In this document: positions 55,323 through 57,412 of the stretch, piece after piece
Numbering within the stretch: position 1 is the stretch's first letter
Layout: every line of letters starts with the position of its first letter
Position numbers and translations under genes: made by a program
Source: Rhodospirillaceae bacterium
Lineage (GTDB): Bacteria > Pseudomonadota > Alphaproteobacteria > Rhodospirillales > Rhodospirillaceae
Assembly: GCA_009773045.1 (NCBI GenBank)
Contig: WOUV01000001.1
Coordinates: 1 to 57,412, forward strand
DNA length: 57,412 nt
Direction: 5' to 3'
The notes under the pieces: model-generated
The model's input: only the letters and a program-made list of their open reading frames with translations
Told to the model about the DNA's origin: nothing
The model's database searches: none

Positions 55323-57412
55323 CTACTGCATCAACGTGGCCAATACCTGCAAAATGGTGTCAAGGCGCGCTTCTGGCGGCAGTTCCGATGGCCCGGCATA
55401 AACATCGGGCGTCGGGAACAGCGGGTTGCCGGGTGACCATAGTTCCACAGTGTCGGGATGCTCTTCAACGAAAGTGGGGTCGGTCGAGATTCGCACCTCC
55501 TCCGCCATGCCTGGTGCGCCGAACGCCCACTGTCTGTCTCCCATCTGCCGGACGGCCAGCCCCGGCGGCAACGCCTCGGGATAGCGCAGCAGTAGTTCCA
55601 GGCCGTTCATATCGAGCGGTGGTGACGGGCGAGGCGGCTCCTCCAGATCGGCGTCCGTGACCGCGTCCAGGTCAAAGCCGCCGTCCCTGGCCGAATTCAC
55701 CGCCGACACGACATCATCGTGCACTGTTTCCAGATCGGACTTGGAATCACACCTCCGCCTCAGGATTCTGTCAGCGATTAGGCTGGGCAACTTTGCCAGG
55801 ATGGGCTGAAGCGTGCCAACGACCGACTGGAACAAGCCGATGCGGTCGCGGAGCGAACAGTAGACGTCGGCTTCCACAGTGTCCGCGTAGTGCAGGTTCA
55901 CGATGCGCACGCGCTCGAACCGCTGTCCCAGACGGTCGATGCGGCCGATGCGTTGTTCCACCCGCATGGGGTTCCACGGCATGTCATAGTTCAGCAGCGC
56001 GCCGCAGAACTGGAAGTTCAGACCCTCCGCGGCGGCATCGGTGCACAGGAGGATGTCGGCCATCCCTTCGCGGAAGCGGCGTTTCACTTCGTCACGGCTG
56101 ACCCGCCGCCATGTGCCATCCTGGTCACGGACCTCGCCGCCGCGCCCGGAAAAGCACATCACCGTGACGGCGGGATCGGCGGCAACATGGTCGCGCAGGA
56201 AGTCCATGGTGTCGGTGTAGCCGGTGAACACCATTGCCTGGCGGTAACCGTCGGCGCGCAGGGTGGCCAGTTCTTCCAGCAGGTGGCGCAGCTTGGTGTC
56301 CGGCGGCAAGGCGCGGATGGCGCCCAGCAACCGCTCGATGTCGCCCTTTTCCTCGAGGGTCAGCGCCTGCCTCTCCAGGTCCAACGCCTCATCGATATCC
56401 GGGGCATCGTCCAGCGTCTCGTCGTCGTCGGGGATGTCGTCCTCGTCCACGCGCCGCGGTTGGCCATTGGCCCTGCCCATGGCGTCGATGGCCTCAAGGT
56501 GGTTCTCCAGGGTCTTGCGCAGGGCATGGAAAGACGACGCCAGCCGTTTGCGATAGATGGTCAGCACGAACCCAACGGCACTCTTCTCCTTGTCGGACGC
56601 CTGATTGTAGGTTTCCGAAATATACCGCTCCACCTCGTCATAGAGGATGCGTTCCGGCTGCGTCATTTCGACGAACCGGTCGACCACGTCGCGGTCGGCG
56701 ATGCGGGTCGAGATCTTGCCCGCCTTGAAATACGCCCGTAGCAGCGCGCGGGTATGCCTGGAGATCAGACGGGCAACCGGGGTGTTGGCGCGCATGACGC
56801 GAACCGCCAGCAGGCGTTCCTTCGTCTCCAACTGGTGCCGGGGGATGCTCGATGGGTCACGCAACGCCGCCAGGACATTCTTGGCCCGGAGCTTCGACCA
56901 CTCCCCGCCCATGGACCGCTTGAGGTCCTCCGGCGTCAGCGGCCCCCAGGCGGATTCGCAAGACCGGAACAGGCCCGCCATCCACTCCATGGACGCATGG
57001 GAGGGGTTCTGCGCTTTCACCTCGCGGCGGCATCCCCAGCAGGTCGAGAAGGTCCCAGACCTCGACGGGGTCCACATGCATGGGGGTGGCGGTGAGCAGT
57101 AACAACGCCTGCGTCCGATGCCTCAAGCCCCGCATCAGCCGGAGCAGGGCGTTGGGTCCGTCCCTCGGTGGACGAGCCGGCGCCCTTGCGGCGGGCGTGG
57201 TGGGCTTCGTCGAGAACGATCAGAATCCTACGGCGCCGCATCAGGTGGCTGGAGACGATGACGATGGATTCATGGTGCCATAAGGTCCGGTCAACGGGCC
57301 ACTCCAAGCGGCCGCGCAGGGCCGGCGAATCATACCAGGTCAGCCGGTGGCCGTCGTAGATCGGAATGTTGAAGTTGAACTTCTCGCGTAATTCTATCTG
57401 CCATTGGGGCCT
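55323..57412 (-). pseudogene. SNF2-family helicase, 5' end outside the window, two frame disruptions
   Basis: Three consecutive minus-strand frames carry WQIELREKF...VLDEAHHARRKG, then GPNALLRLMRGLRHRTQALLLLTATPMHVDPVEVWDLLDLLGMPP. The third carries a 584-aa ORF with helicase-C motifs (LLCTDAAAEGLNFQFCGALLNYDMPWNPMRVEQRIGRIDRLGQ). Frame switches occur near 57154-57166 and 57018-57030. Confidence 0.7.

Overview
57.4-kb GC-rich, densely coding chromosomal segment. Gene content and synteny (hrcA-grpE, radA-cvpA-purF-SDR, hisG-hisD, hpnH/hpnG, cobS and cobD, fccAB) look alphaproteobacterial, possibly Rhodospirillales-like; this is inference only. About 50 protein genes are supportable. I saw no rRNA, tRNA or CRISPR array. 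Most of the window is housekeeping, and four parts deserve attention. (1) 32.05-41.9 kb holds a seven-gene minus-strand cluster that I cannot assign to any named respiratory module. It encodes a Crp/Fnr regulator, two tetrahaem cytochromes c, a membrane-anchored FNR-type flavoprotein with a 2Fe-2S domain, and a protein with two cNMP-binding domains fused to a four-cluster ferredoxin module. It also encodes a 5-TM protein with two H-x13-H helices and a signal-anchored decahaem cytochrome with a Cys-rich cytoplasmic head. On paper this is a complete cytoplasm-to-periplasm electron wire, possibly gated by a cyclic nucleotide, and it is the best candidate for an undescribed system. (2) 16.3-20.9 kb is a sulfur-oxidation neighbourhood: a NapC/NirT tetrahaem protein with fccAB, divergent from dsrE-like, tusA and a thioredoxin-like gene. 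That last gene has an in-frame TAG inside its CxxC motif. (3) Two small palindromic repeat families sit between genes. One copy removes the grpE stop codon, and the two copies of the other flank a three-gene block in inverted orientation. (4) 51.8-57.4 kb is a degraded mobile region, AT-richer over about 52.1-52.4 kb. It contains a toxin-like ORF broken by a 16-bp tandem duplication with an overlapping membrane-protein gene. It also holds a DUF1640 gene with coding repeats, prophage tail and antirepressor fragments, and an SNF2 helicase with two frame disruptions. All product calls rest on motifs and remembered family resemblance; no searches were run.
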